Of a stretch of 64,000 bases of DNA, positions 19,604 to 29,009 are shown one piece after another (position 1 is the stretch's first letter; each line of letters opens with the position of its first letter). The position numbers were made by a program, and so were the translations under genes. The notes beneath the pieces were generated by a model, which was not told where the DNA came from, searched no databases, and worked only from the letters and a program-made list of their open reading frames with translations. The DNA lies in NCBI GenBank assembly GCA_051252375.1, contig JBPOFY010000002.1, positions 562,189 to 626,188 of the forward strand, read 5' to 3'. Source of the stretch: Opitutaceae bacterium (GTDB taxonomy: Bacteria > Verrucomicrobiota > Verrucomicrobiia > Opitutales > Coraliomargaritaceae).

Positions 19604-22600
19604 CTACGGCGCCACTGGCAAATCGCTATATCCACCGCCTAGCGCTGTGTCTTTCGCCACACATGCGTTGTAGGCATCCAGCGCGTCGCCAGTCAGCAAG
19701 CTCGGATCGATTTCATATGTCATCGTGATATCAACTGCGAGTGGGCTTTGCTCATTCGGATCTGTATCGATGTTATAAAACTCGAAAACAGGATCGTCTG
19801 TCGTGCTGTCAGGGTCGCCGAAGATGATGAGTTTATAATCCGGATAATCGTCCAGAATAATCGCCCTACCTTTATTGGTTTCACCACCCTCAACAATGAC
19901 CACACGGTCTGCGGTATCTGAGTTGCTGAGGATCGGGACGACACTTTGGGATGAAACATTCATTGCGCTGAGTCCTGTAACTAAAGATTCGTCGATATCT
20001 GCCATCTCAAGAATCGTAGAGAAAAGGTCGACACAGTGAACGAGTTTATCACTCGTGCTACCGGGCGTGACGGTCACAGCAGGACCCGACACAATCATCG
20101 GCACATGGGTGCCACCCTCATAAAGGGAACCCTTTGCACGCGATGGAGTGCCACCGAACGGTTCTTGGACGGTTTGACCTGGAGTGCCATTATCCCCGAT
20201 TATAATAATATGTGTTTTTGCAGGATCGAGCGACTCCATCATTCGACCTATCTCTGTATCGAGTGCCTCAAGTGACAGACGGTAATTATAATCGTTTGCA
20301 CCTTCGCCGACATCTTGAACGGAGTAACCGCCAGCAGGTGCTAGCGCTGCAGGTGGCTCTTGGAACGGGGAATGCGGCGCATTGAAGGCGACCCAAGTGA
20401 ACCATGCTGTGCCCTCGGCATTCTTTGTCAGCATGAACTTAGTGGCTTCGTTCACTTGGTCTGTAGTCGTGTAAGTCGTGCTGGTTGCGTTACTGCCATT
20501 TGAATTTTTAGTCCAACTATAGTAGTCAGGCACGCCCCCGCTGGTGATGCCGTAGAACTCAGGCCAACCACCACGAGTGGAATAACCGGAAGTATTGCCA
20601 CCTAAGTGCCATTTACCAACTGTCAACATTGCTTGAGGTGCGCCTTCGGAGGTGAAGATCTCAGGCAGAGTAATTTCGTCGATCCCACTGCCTCCAGAAA
20701 ATTGTCCCGCTTCTGTCGGAGTGCTGACGCCGTGCTGGTATGGTTGACGCCCTGTCATGATGGTTGCGCGAGTGGGCGAACAAGTTGGCTGGGCGTATGC
20801 ATTAGTGAAACGCAAGCCCGACGCAGCAAGACTCTCGAGGTTCGGCATATTAGGCAGTAAAACTGTCGCCGAAGCAGTGTTATCGAGTGGGCTACGATCA
20901 ATGCCCCAGTCGTCCACGATCATGAGCAAAATATTTGGATAGACCGTATAGGTGCCATTTCGATTCGGTCCCATGGGATATGTGGCGACTATAGTGTAAG
21001 TGCCAGGCGCTAACCCGTATAAAGGCGCGTCAAATGTAAGCGTGGTCTGCGTGGGGCGAGAAACACCGGATGATGCGACATCGATCGCCTGCCCGTTAAA
21101 AGTAAGTGTAACGGGTGACACTCCGGTATTGGGTGGGCCACCATCCATCGTCACTGTAATCGAAACCGGTAAATCGACCGGCGGTAGGACAGGATCGTCG
21201 TATACGAAACCTGTGTCATCGAAATACTCGAGATCGGTGCGCGCCAGTTGATAGAAATTCTGCGCGGGGCGCGTGCCGCCGGGTATATGCGTCACACTGG
21301 GGCTATCACTCGTCGCTAAAACTGTGGGAGTGATGCCAACAAACTCTTGAGACAGATCAGAGGTCTCACTGATTTCATAGGTGCCACCTTCGATTGCACT
21401 CCATGTGAGTGTGATCTGGTCAGCTGCGGGACTATCGACTAAGATTTCTTTGACCGATTCAGTTTTTTCAGGGCCACCCTCAAAATGAACAACCAGCGGA
21501 TCGACGGTGTCATCTGTTTCGGGAATGTCACTCGCAGTATTGCCTGTCGGACTACCGAAATAAACGCGTCCGATATTGTAAGGCACCACTGGAGTGCCAT
21601 CGACATCGATACAGGTGAAATAAGCCCACGTCCCCGCCGGATACTCTGGTGTCACGCACCAGCGCACGTTGTATTCGTTCAGATCGTAGTCAGTCCCTGG
21701 GCTATACGCTCCATCAGCGATCACACCTTCATAAAGATCAAACCCTGAGACATCTCCTTTATACTCGTTGTCCTCAAGGTAGCGACCCAATGGAAAAGTC
21801 GCCGAAACGTTGGGTCCCGCCGAGAAGTTAGCGGCACCGTATACGTCATTCGCCCATTCCGGCCAGCTATCGCGAGTAGTCAAACCACTGCGTATCTGAT
21901 AACCTGAAATCATTCTGCGGACAGCACTGGATGCATCGATTGGATCGCTGTATCCATAAGGCCCATACACAGGAATACCATCTCTCACCCAGCCGATGAT
22001 CGGCGAGTGATCACCGTTAAAATTCTCCGTGTAGTTATTGGTCGCTGCATCATAGTCCACACTGTCACCCAATTGATGACGGAGTGCTGGTGTGTTTGCA
22101 TGATAGTGATAGCGCGATTGCGCCTGATGAGCAAATCCCGCATCGAATGTCTGGCTCTCGTTGACATATGCGTCACGGTTCCAGTCGCCTGCTCCATTGA
22201 CCTCGTTGCCTGTGCCAGGGTCATAGGAAAAAGCATCGCGAGAATCAAACATGGCCACGCCATCGACCATATATCCAATCGGACCGCCTCCGGTGATTGA
22301 TTTCGGCGTAAAAGTTGCCGGATCGACCGGATCACGCGGAAAACGGTAAATCACCGCCTGATTGGCGGGGTAATTTATAAAAAGATTCGTGCGTGCCAGA
22401 TTACCATACCACGGTCCCATTATGTAGCTGGCTAGGTTCGTCGAGCGTATGTAGAGCCAATCTTCGGTGTATGAGATTTCATTGACACCCGCATAGGTCG
22501 GATAGGTTTGAACGCCTGCACCACGACTCCATGTCGTGACGGCATTCAGACCCGCCTGATCCGCATCGGTTTCGTAGAGACGAGCGTAACTGCCGGAGCG

Positions 22601-22714
22601 CTCGGTATACCATGAACTTATCAGCGGATCCGCGCTAAGAGCCACGGAAGTTAGTAGTAGTGGCCAGATTTTGAATATAATATTCGAAGTTCGTGCAAGG
22701 TGAGCTAGCTTCAT
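19604..22714 (-). CDS. Secreted YHYH domain-sulfatase fusion protein
   Basis: Signal peptide; YHYH domain (GPIGYMVDGV, AHQAQSRYHYH, HSPIIGWVRDGIPVYGPYG); C-terminal S1 sulfatase (PNILLMIVDDWG, CSPTR, GKWHL, FNAPH, GDNG, KGSLYEGG). Confidence 0.85.
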   Translation of the reverse strand: MKLAHLARTSNIIFKIWPLLLTSVALSADPLISSWYTERSGSYARLYETDADQAGLNAVTTWSRGAGVQTYPTYAGVNEISYTEDWLYIRSTNLASYIMGPWYGNLARTNLFINYPANQAVIYRFPRDPVDPATFTPKSITGGGPIGYMVDGVAMFDSRDAFSYDPGTGNEVNGAGDWNRDAYVNESQTFDAGFAHQAQSRYHYHANTPALRHQLGDSVDYDAATNNYTENFNGDHSPIIGWVRDGIPVYGPYGYSDPIDASSAVRRMISGYQIRSGLTTRDSWPEWANDVYGAANFSAGPNVSATFPLGRYLEDNEYKGDVSGFDLYEGVIADGAYSPGTDYDLNEYNVRWCVTPEYPAGTWAYFTCIDVDGTPVVPYNIGRVYFGSPTGNTASDIPETDDTVDPLVVHFEGGPEKTESVKEILVDSPAADQITLTWSAIEGGTYEISETSDLSQEFVGITPTVLATSDSPSVTHIPGGTRPAQNFYQLARTDLEYFDDTGFVYDDPVLPPVDLPVSITVTMDGGPPNTGVSPVTLTFNGQAIDVASSGVSRPTQTTLTFDAPLYGLAPGTYTIVATYPMGPNRNGTYTVYPNILLMIVDDWGIDRSPLDNTASATVLLPNMPNLESLAASGLRFTNAYAQPTCSPTRATIMTGRQPYQHGVSTPTEAGQFSGGSGIDEITLPEIFTSEGAPQAMLTVGKWHLGGNTSGYSTRGGWPEFYGITSGGVPDYYSWTKNSNGSNATSTTYTTTDQVNEATKFMLTKNAEGTAWFTWVAFNAPHSPFQEPPAALAPAGGYSVQDVGEGANDYNYRLSLEALDTEIGRMMESLDPAKTHIIIIGDNGTPGQTVQEPFGGTPSRAKGSLYEGGTHVPMIVSGPAVTVTPGSTSDKLVHCVDLFSTILEMADIDESLVTGLSAMNVSSQSVVPILSNSDTADRVVIVEGGETNKGRAIILDDYPDYKLIIFGDPDSTTDDPVFEFYNIDTDPNEQSPLAVDITMTYEIDPSLLTGDALDAYNACVAKDTALGGGYSDLPVAP

Positions 22715-22922
22715 TGAATAGTGGCAGTGGGTAGTTTGATTGGTAGTAGCTAGGAAGCGATTCTAGGTGGATAAAGTTTCAGAATAGGATGATTTTAAAC
22801 ATCTTTTGCATTTTTTTACGATTAATAACGACACAGTCCAATTCTTACGATACATAGTGGCCAGCAGAGGGCCGCAAAAGGCGGTCTTTTGTCTAAAAAC
22901 ACAATAAATACAGAAAACGCAT

Positions 22923-23126
22923 ATGAGCACAGGAATAGTAAAATGGTTCGACTCTGAAAAAGGCTACGGCTTCATCACACCCGAAGACGGCAGCAAAGAT
23001 CTTTTTGTCCACCACTCCGAAATCAAAGCTGATGGCTACGCCTCACTTGATGAGAACGACAAAGTAGAATTTGAAGTCGGCAGCGGTCCTAAGGGTCCAT
23101 GCGCTACCGGCGTATCAAAAGTCTAA
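22923..23126 (+). CDS. Cold-shock protein (CspA family)
   Basis: [15 protein letters not shown] (RNP1), LFVHHSEI (RNP2). Confidence 0.97.
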   Translation: MSTGIVKWFDSEKGYGFITPEDGSKDLFVHHSEIKADGYASLDENDKVEFEVGSGPKGPCATGVSKV

Positions 23127-23146
23127 TACTTTTTAAACTTTTAACC

Positions 23147-23182
23147 AAAAACTCCCAGGATTCATTTCTGGGAGTTTTTTTT
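23147..23182 (+). terminator. Rho-independent terminator after csp
   Basis: aaaaACTCCCAG...CTGGGAGTttttttt. Confidence 0.85.
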
Positions 23183-23301
23183 GTGCCCTCAAGCCCAGCT
23201 TGCAACTTTTCGACTTTTATAGATATATCATTGTATACCCGCCACTGGCATCCCCCGCACGAACAACTACCGATAACGGCCATCATCATTCATCTGCCGG
23301 C

Positions 23302-25053
23302 ATGAAGACCACATTCATATCCCCCCATCGATGGTTGGCGCTATGCCTGAGTCTTTTGCTCTGCGGACAAGCCATTGCTCGGACACTGGATGTTTCGATG
23401 CGGCACACACTTTCGGGGCAGCCGCTGATCCTTGACTCACTACGGTATCAAAACGCGAGCAAGGAAACCTTCTCGATTACTCGGCTGAGCTACTTGCTAA
23501 GCGATTTTGAGCTGCAAAATCGCACCGGGGAGTGGATACACATCCCAGACTCAATCGCATGGATTGATGCCTCTAAACATCGCAGCGACTTCCATATTGA
23601 TTCAATCCCCGAGGGCACCTTCCAGGCAATCCGTTTCAGTGTAGGACTCAACGAAACGCTCAACCACAGCGACCCAAACCAATACCCAGCTGATCACCCG
23701 CTCAACCCCAGCCTCAACAATCTACATTGGAACTGGCAAGGCGGCTACATCTTCCTAGCGATCGAAGGGCATTTTCGAAAAGCGGAAAGCGATCTCACTG
23801 GCTACGTCTATCACTTTGCCAACGACGCCCAACGCACCACGATCACGCTAGCGTTGCCCAAGGTCCTGACGAATGACGCAGCACTCGAAATTGATTTCGA
23901 TATCGCGGCATTGCTCAATGCTCCCAAGCCACTTTCGTTTACAGAAGATGGCGCATCCACTCATTCTCACGAAGGCGATCCGATCGTTCAACGCCTGAAG
24001 CACAACCTTCCAGGTGCCTTTCAATTGAGGCGTATACTCGTCGCGAAAGAAACTGTTGCTGCCGCCCCACCAAAACCAATCGACCTTCCAGCCGCCCCAA
24101 CTCCCCATCGCTTCACCATCAGTCAACGCCTCCCGATCCCGGCATTACCTCTCGACAACCCACTCATCACCGAACGCGTCGAGCTCGGCCGTCGACTATT
24201 TCACGACCCACAACTTTCGATCGACAACACAGTCTCCTGCGCCTCCTGCCACCAAGAAGCGCACGCCCTATCCGACCCCAAGCCACAGAGTGACGGCGTA
24301 AACGGGCAAGTCAGTCGTCGCCATTCCATGCCTTTGTTCAACCTCGCTTGGAAAGACTCCTTTTTCTGGGACGGACGGGCTGCCACCCTACGTGAACAAG
24401 CACTCATCCCGATTGAAGACCCACGCGAAATGGGCGAGTCGCTCGATAACGTCATTCAAAAACTCAGCGCCGATGCGGACTATCCGCCACTATTCGCCCA
24501 AGCATTTGGCTCTGGTGCCATCACGGCTGAAAACATGGGGCTAGCGATCGAAAATTTCCTGCTCAGCCTCACCTCTTACGATTCAAAATTTGATCGTGCG
24601 ATAAAAGGCCAAGCCACGTTGAGCGACGCAGAGCAACGCGGCTTTGAGCTCTTCATGACCGAGTTCGAGCCTCGCTCCCGCCAATACGGCGCTGATTGCT
24701 TCCACTGCCACGGCGGCGCACTCTTCACCGACCATCGGCTACACGACAACGGACTCGAAAGCATTCAGGACCGCGGAAGAGGCGAAATCACCGGAAACCC
24801 AGCCGACGATAATAAATTTTCAACCCCGTCACTGCGCAACGTCGCCCTCACCGCTCCTTACATGCACGATGGTCGTTTCGATACACTGGAAGCCGTCATG
24901 GAGCACTACAGCAGCGGACTGACGCAACGCGACACACTGGATCCAAACCTAGCGAAACACCCGAAGTCTGGTCTCCAACTCTCCGAAGCCGACAAGGCAG
25001 CACTCGTCGCGTTTTTAAAAACCCTCAGCGACCCGCAGTATATTCAAAACTAA
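23302..25053 (+). CDS. MbnP-like domain fused to MbnH/MauG-type di-heme cytochrome c peroxidase
   Basis: Signal peptide; MbnP-like N-half (LHWNWQGGYIFLAIEG); CASCH and CFHCH heme motifs, LGRRLFHDPQLS, FFWDGRA, TPSLRNVALTAPYMHDG; start at ATG 23302. Confidence 0.85.
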   Translation: MKTTFISPHRWLALCLSLLLCGQAIARTLDVSMRHTLSGQPLILDSLRYQNASKETFSITRLSYLLSDFELQNRTGEWIHIPDSIAWIDASKHRSDFHIDSIPEGTFQAIRFSVGLNETLNHSDPNQYPADHPLNPSLNNLHWNWQGGYIFLAIEGHFRKAESDLTGYVYHFANDAQRTTITLALPKVLTNDAALEIDFDIAALLNAPKPLSFTEDGASTHSHEGDPIVQRLKHNLPGAFQLRRILVAKETVAAAPPKPIDLPAAPTPHRFTISQRLPIPALPLDNPLITERVELGRRLFHDPQLSIDNTVSCASCHQEAHALSDPKPQSDGVNGQVSRRHSMPLFNLAWKDSFFWDGRAATLREQALIPIEDPREMGESLDNVIQKLSADADYPPLFAQAFGSGAITAENMGLAIENFLLSLTSYDSKFDRAIKGQATLSDAEQRGFELFMTEFEPRSRQYGADCFHCHGGALFTDHRLHDNGLESIQDRGRGEITGNPADDNKFSTPSLRNVALTAPYMHDGRFDTLEAVMEHYSSGLTQRDTLDPNLAKHPKSGLQLSEADKAALVAFLKTLSDPQYIQN

Positions 25054-25055
25054 AT

Positions 25056-25880
25056 CTACTTTTGATAGACGCGGACGTAATCGATTAAATAGCGCGACGG
25101 AAACGTCGTGGCAGAGGGATCGCCGCCTTGATCGCCACCAATAGCCAGATTCAACAAAAGATACTGAGGATGGTTAAATGGATTTCCCGGACCACGACCG
25201 CCCTGATTTTTCACCCCCTTTAGTTCAATGGTGTTGAGCAAACGATCATCCACGTAAAGGCGTATACTCGTCGCATCCCAATCCATCCGCCAAACGTGGA
25301 AATCCTCATCCCAGTCATCACCTCCTAATTCGGAAACCGGAATCTTCTGAGTATCCCAGATCGGCACCCCCCGACGGTCACTTTCCCAACAGGCATTCGC
25401 CAAAATACTGTTATCGTAGTATTCCATCAGGTCGATTTCACCGTTTGATGGCCAAGGCTTATCGAGCCCTAGGAACCAGATCGCCGGCCATAGCCCTTCT
25501 TCAGCAACGATCTTTGCACGGACCTCAAAGCGTCCATACAGCCAATCGTGCAGGCCTTTTGTCCGCAACGAAGCAGCCGTATAATCAATGAACTCTCGGC
25601 GATGTTTCAGCTTCTTCGAATCTGGATTATATTCTGGATTCGGCTGACGCTCACGTCGCCCCTCAATAACCAAATACCCATCCTCACAAAAAGCATTCTC
25701 TGACTGATACCATTGCAGCTCATTATTACGGACAAATCCCTGCTCATAATTCCAGTTCGCCGGATTTGGTCGACCGTCCACCTCGAATTCATCCGCCCAG
25801 ACCAGTGTCCACTCCGTCGCCGCGGCACTCGCAAGCAGGCCACTAATACAAAGCAAAATTAAAGAAATTCGATGCAACAT
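25056..25880 (-). CDS. Glycoside hydrolase family 16 (laminarinase-like)
   Basis: Signal peptide, WTLVWADEF, YGRFEVRAK, WPAIW, GEIDLME (ExDxxE), LLLNLAIGG, DYVRVY. Confidence 0.92.
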   Translation of the reverse strand: MLHRISLILLCISGLLASAAATEWTLVWADEFEVDGRPNPANWNYEQGFVRNNELQWYQSENAFCEDGYLVIEGRRERQPNPEYNPDSKKLKHRREFIDYTAASLRTKGLHDWLYGRFEVRAKIVAEEGLWPAIWFLGLDKPWPSNGEIDLMEYYDNSILANACWESDRRGVPIWDTQKIPVSELGGDDWDEDFHVWRMDWDATSIRLYVDDRLLNTIELKGVKNQGGRGPGNPFNHPQYLLLNLAIGGDQGGDPSATTFPSRYLIDYVRVYQK

Positions 25881-25883
25881 CGC

Positions 25884-27350
25884 CTACTGAACTTCGCTTT
25901 CGGCAGGAATCAAATCGATGTGGTGCTGGCGATTGATTCGATACCACTTCGGGCCTTCTGTCCAATCGGACTTAACGGATAGCGCCTTCCAAGCATTCAA
26001 AGTTTCACGCATCGCAGCCAACTTTTCAGGATGGCGCTTTGCCACATTGTCTTGCTCCCCAATATCGTTCTTCAAATCATAGAGCGCGTAACCAAAGTCC
26101 TGCACATACATCAATTTCCAATCACCCTCCCGCATAGCGGAAAACCATTCTTTATGCCAGAAGAGGCGCTCATGCGGGCTGGCATTCACTTCACCTTGTA
26201 TGAAGGGCATCAAATCACGGCCAGCAAAGTCGATGGCGTCGACGTCACCGCCTGCCAATTGAAGCGCCGTCGGCAAAATGTCGAGCGAAGAGACCATCGA
26301 CTCATAAGTCGCACCCGCAGCTAATTTACCCGGCCAGCTCATAACATAGGGCACACGTATACCACCTTCGAACTTAATGCCCTTAAAGCCATTCAAAGGA
26401 TAATTATTCGAAGCGTTATCGAGAATCGGCCCACCATTATCACTTAAGAAAATCACCAGAGTATTCTCTAAAAAGCCCTTTGATCTCACTGCATCCATCA
26501 CTTGACCGACACCACGATCCATTGCCCATATCATGGCCGCATAGGTGCGACGCTTCTTATCTTTGATATGTTCGAAAAGCTTCAGGTCTGCTTCAGTAGC
26601 ATGCATCGGCCCGTGTGGTGCGGTGTAAGAAAGATACAGGAAAAATGGCGCTTCCTCGGATTGAGCTTCGATAAATTCAACCGCTTTCCCTGAGAAAAAA
26701 TCAGTTATGTAACCTTCGAAACCAAGATACTCTCCGTTCAACTCGATTGCCTTAAAACTACCCGGCTTATCATCCTTTTCATGATGAAAATAACTCCGCG
26801 ACCCTGCCCTCAACCCGCAGAAGTAATCAAACCCCCGATTCGTGGGGTAGAATGGATCTGAATTACCCAAATGCCATTTACCAATCGCGCCTGTTCGATA
26901 GCTTTGAGCCTTCAATAAATCAGCCATCGTCTTTTCATTAAGATTCATCCCCAAATGCGATGGTGGCGAATTAGGCTCATGCCCGAACTGCTGTTGATAG
27001 CGACCAGTCATCAAACCGGCCCGCGACGGACTACAAACCGAAGCCGAAACATAAGCATTCGTGAACCGCACACCGGACGCGGCGATGGCATCCAAATGTG
27101 GGCTTCTTATTTCCTTAGACCCCTGAAAGCCCAAATCATTATAGCCCAGATCATCGGCCAGAATAAGTAGTATGTTCGGTTTCACTTGAAGCTCCGCCCC
27201 TGCTGGATCCGCCTGAGCAGGTGAACCAAGAAAAACACCGGCGAGCATTACCATGCAGCAAGCCATCCATAGCCGATGTAGAGATCTCAAGTGATTGCAC
27301 AAAACTGCGCTGGATATTGGAAATTGAAAGTTTTGGGACCTATTCTTCAT
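25884..27350 (-). CDS. Sulfatase (S1, Cys-type)
   Basis: PNILLILADDLG, CSPSRAGLMTGRY, GKWHL, YTAPH, SDNGG; exact start uncertain. Confidence 0.93.
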   Translation of the reverse strand: MKNRSQNFQFPISSAVLCNHLRSLHRLWMACCMVMLAGVFLGSPAQADPAGAELQVKPNILLILADDLGYNDLGFQGSKEIRSPHLDAIAASGVRFTNAYVSASVCSPSRAGLMTGRYQQQFGHEPNSPPSHLGMNLNEKTMADLLKAQSYRTGAIGKWHLGNSDPFYPTNRGFDYFCGLRAGSRSYFHHEKDDKPGSFKAIELNGEYLGFEGYITDFFSGKAVEFIEAQSEEAPFFLYLSYTAPHGPMHATEADLKLFEHIKDKKRRTYAAMIWAMDRGVGQVMDAVRSKGFLENTLVIFLSDNGGPILDNASNNYPLNGFKGIKFEGGIRVPYVMSWPGKLAAGATYESMVSSLDILPTALQLAGGDVDAIDFAGRDLMPFIQGEVNASPHERLFWHKEWFSAMREGDWKLMYVQDFGYALYDLKNDIGEQDNVAKRHPEKLAAMRETLNAWKALSVKSDWTEGPKWYRINRQHHIDLIPAESEVQ

Positions 27351-27543
27351 TATAATTTCGACGTAAATATACGGATAATAATTTCACAGGACCGTGTAAC
27401 TGTAAAGGTTTTGCCTTTTTCACCATATAACGATCACAACCGGGCAATCGCCACTCGCCAGCAAGCTGTCCGACTACCCACAACATTTGCGACTTGCCAA
27501 GTCACAACACCTGCACAAATTTTCGTGTCTGCTTGGATAACAC

Positions 27544-27619
27544 GCCGAAATAGCTCAGTTGGTAGAGCAACTCATTCGTAATGAGTAGGTCGTCAGTTCG
27601 ATTCTGATTTTCGGCTCCA
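27544..27619 (+). tRNA. tRNA-Thr (CGT)
   Basis: GCCGAAA...ACTCA ttCGTaa TGAGT...GTTCGATT...TTTCGGC T CCA, 76 nt. Confidence 0.96.
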
Positions 27620-27728
27620 AGGCACCCGCCCGAGTCCGATCGACCGAACTATGTTAGCAACGCTATTTACCGTTTAATGCGTAAACAATCTTTGCATTTT
27701 CTACATTATAACATAGTTATTGTTAAGT

Positions 27729-28964
27729 ATGTGGACCATTCATGAACTGACCGTTACCCCATCTCAACCTCAAGTTTATTGCTGCGACGGACATCCGATC
27801 CTCGCATATGCACGCCAAGCTGATGCAGGCGTTTGTAGACTACTGGTCGGCACATTGGGTTACCTCGATATCAACTGCACCAGCCACCACAATGGCGGGC
27901 TCATCTACTCGACATTAGACTTTAATGGTCAAAGCCTTACCTTTGGTGCGACCGCCGACATCTCTATCGCAATCGATGCAGATACCGGCTTCACCGTGAC
28001 TTTCGAAGGCACGACTGTGACGGGTGCCCTCACTCCGCTCTCACCCTTGGCTGGTTTCACGATCAATGCTTTTCGCGAAATGATAAAGCTCCAGATCGTG
28101 CCCTACCTCAATCCCCCTAGTGGCACTCCAAAATCAAACGCGGAACTGCAAGCACTCGCCGACACTTACTATCCAAGCGACATATACGGCTTCGACAAAG
28201 CCATGGCGCTCTACGACTGGACCTCCGCAAGCTTCATCCGCCAAGACCTCTTTCACCAGCTGCGCTACACTGGAGTGCCGGGGCAACCCCTTGACCTGAA
28301 AACCATGGCTCGTGTCATCTGGGGCTGCAACTACCCTGGCTACACCGCAAAAGATGCTAACTTCATGAACGCTTTAATGATGAAGCCCGCGAGAGATGAA
28401 GCCGACGTCTACAATCAACTACTCAGCGTCTATGAACGACTACTACCGCTCGCAACAGCCGAGATGAATGTAATGGAGCACGCGATCCTAGGACTACTAC
28501 CTGTAAGTGTGATCGAATACCCTCAACTCTATCGTGGTGCCATGCCGATGACAGGCGGGTATAATACCGCCGACTTTTCGCCCTCCATGTTTGAATACTC
28601 AGGAAACTGGGGCCCCACGGATGCGCCGCTCGTGCAAGCATTCGAAGACGCCCTGAATGGTTGCCTGATTCCGGGCTCAATCATCACCACAAAAGGCCCA
28701 TGGAGTTTCTCCAACGACTTGGACGGCGCCAAAGTCTGGCAACAGGGCATTCTCATCACATGCAATCCACCGGAGGGGACCTCGGTATGGCCGGGCAGTG
28801 CTAACATCACTCCATTCTCGCTCAATCCTGGCACATTCGAAATCAATATGCCCCCACCGACTCGCTACCGGATCGATAGTTACGAGTGGATCACAATCCA
28901 AGACAAACCTGTTTGCCATTTCACAATGACTCATCTTGGATATTGCGCGACCCCCTTGGTGTAA
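27729..28964 (+). CDS. Hypothetical protein with putative C-terminal ADP-ribosyltransferase (R-S-E class) domain
   Basis: LYRG, GSIITTKGPWSFS, ITPFSLNPGTFEINMPPPTRYRI in the order expected for mART; start ATG 27729 (TTG 27720 alternative). Confidence 0.55.
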   Translation: MWTIHELTVTPSQPQVYCCDGHPILAYARQADAGVCRLLVGTLGYLDINCTSHHNGGLIYSTLDFNGQSLTFGATADISIAIDADTGFTVTFEGTTVTGALTPLSPLAGFTINAFREMIKLQIVPYLNPPSGTPKSNAELQALADTYYPSDIYGFDKAMALYDWTSASFIRQDLFHQLRYTGVPGQPLDLKTMARVIWGCNYPGYTAKDANFMNALMMKPARDEADVYNQLLSVYERLLPLATAEMNVMEHAILGLLPVSVIEYPQLYRGAMPMTGGYNTADFSPSMFEYSGNWGPTDAPLVQAFEDALNGCLIPGSIITTKGPWSFSNDLDGAKVWQQGILITCNPPEGTSVWPGSANITPFSLNPGTFEINMPPPTRYRIDSYEWITIQDKPVCHFTMTHLGYCATPLV

Positions 28965-29009
28965 CTGTTTTTAAATTAAATCTTATCTCTAAGCACTACA
29001 CCCCATCCA

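Noticed and set aside
19365..19728. Short ORFs on both strands
   Set aside because: They overlap a REP dyad and the end of the sulfatase fusion.
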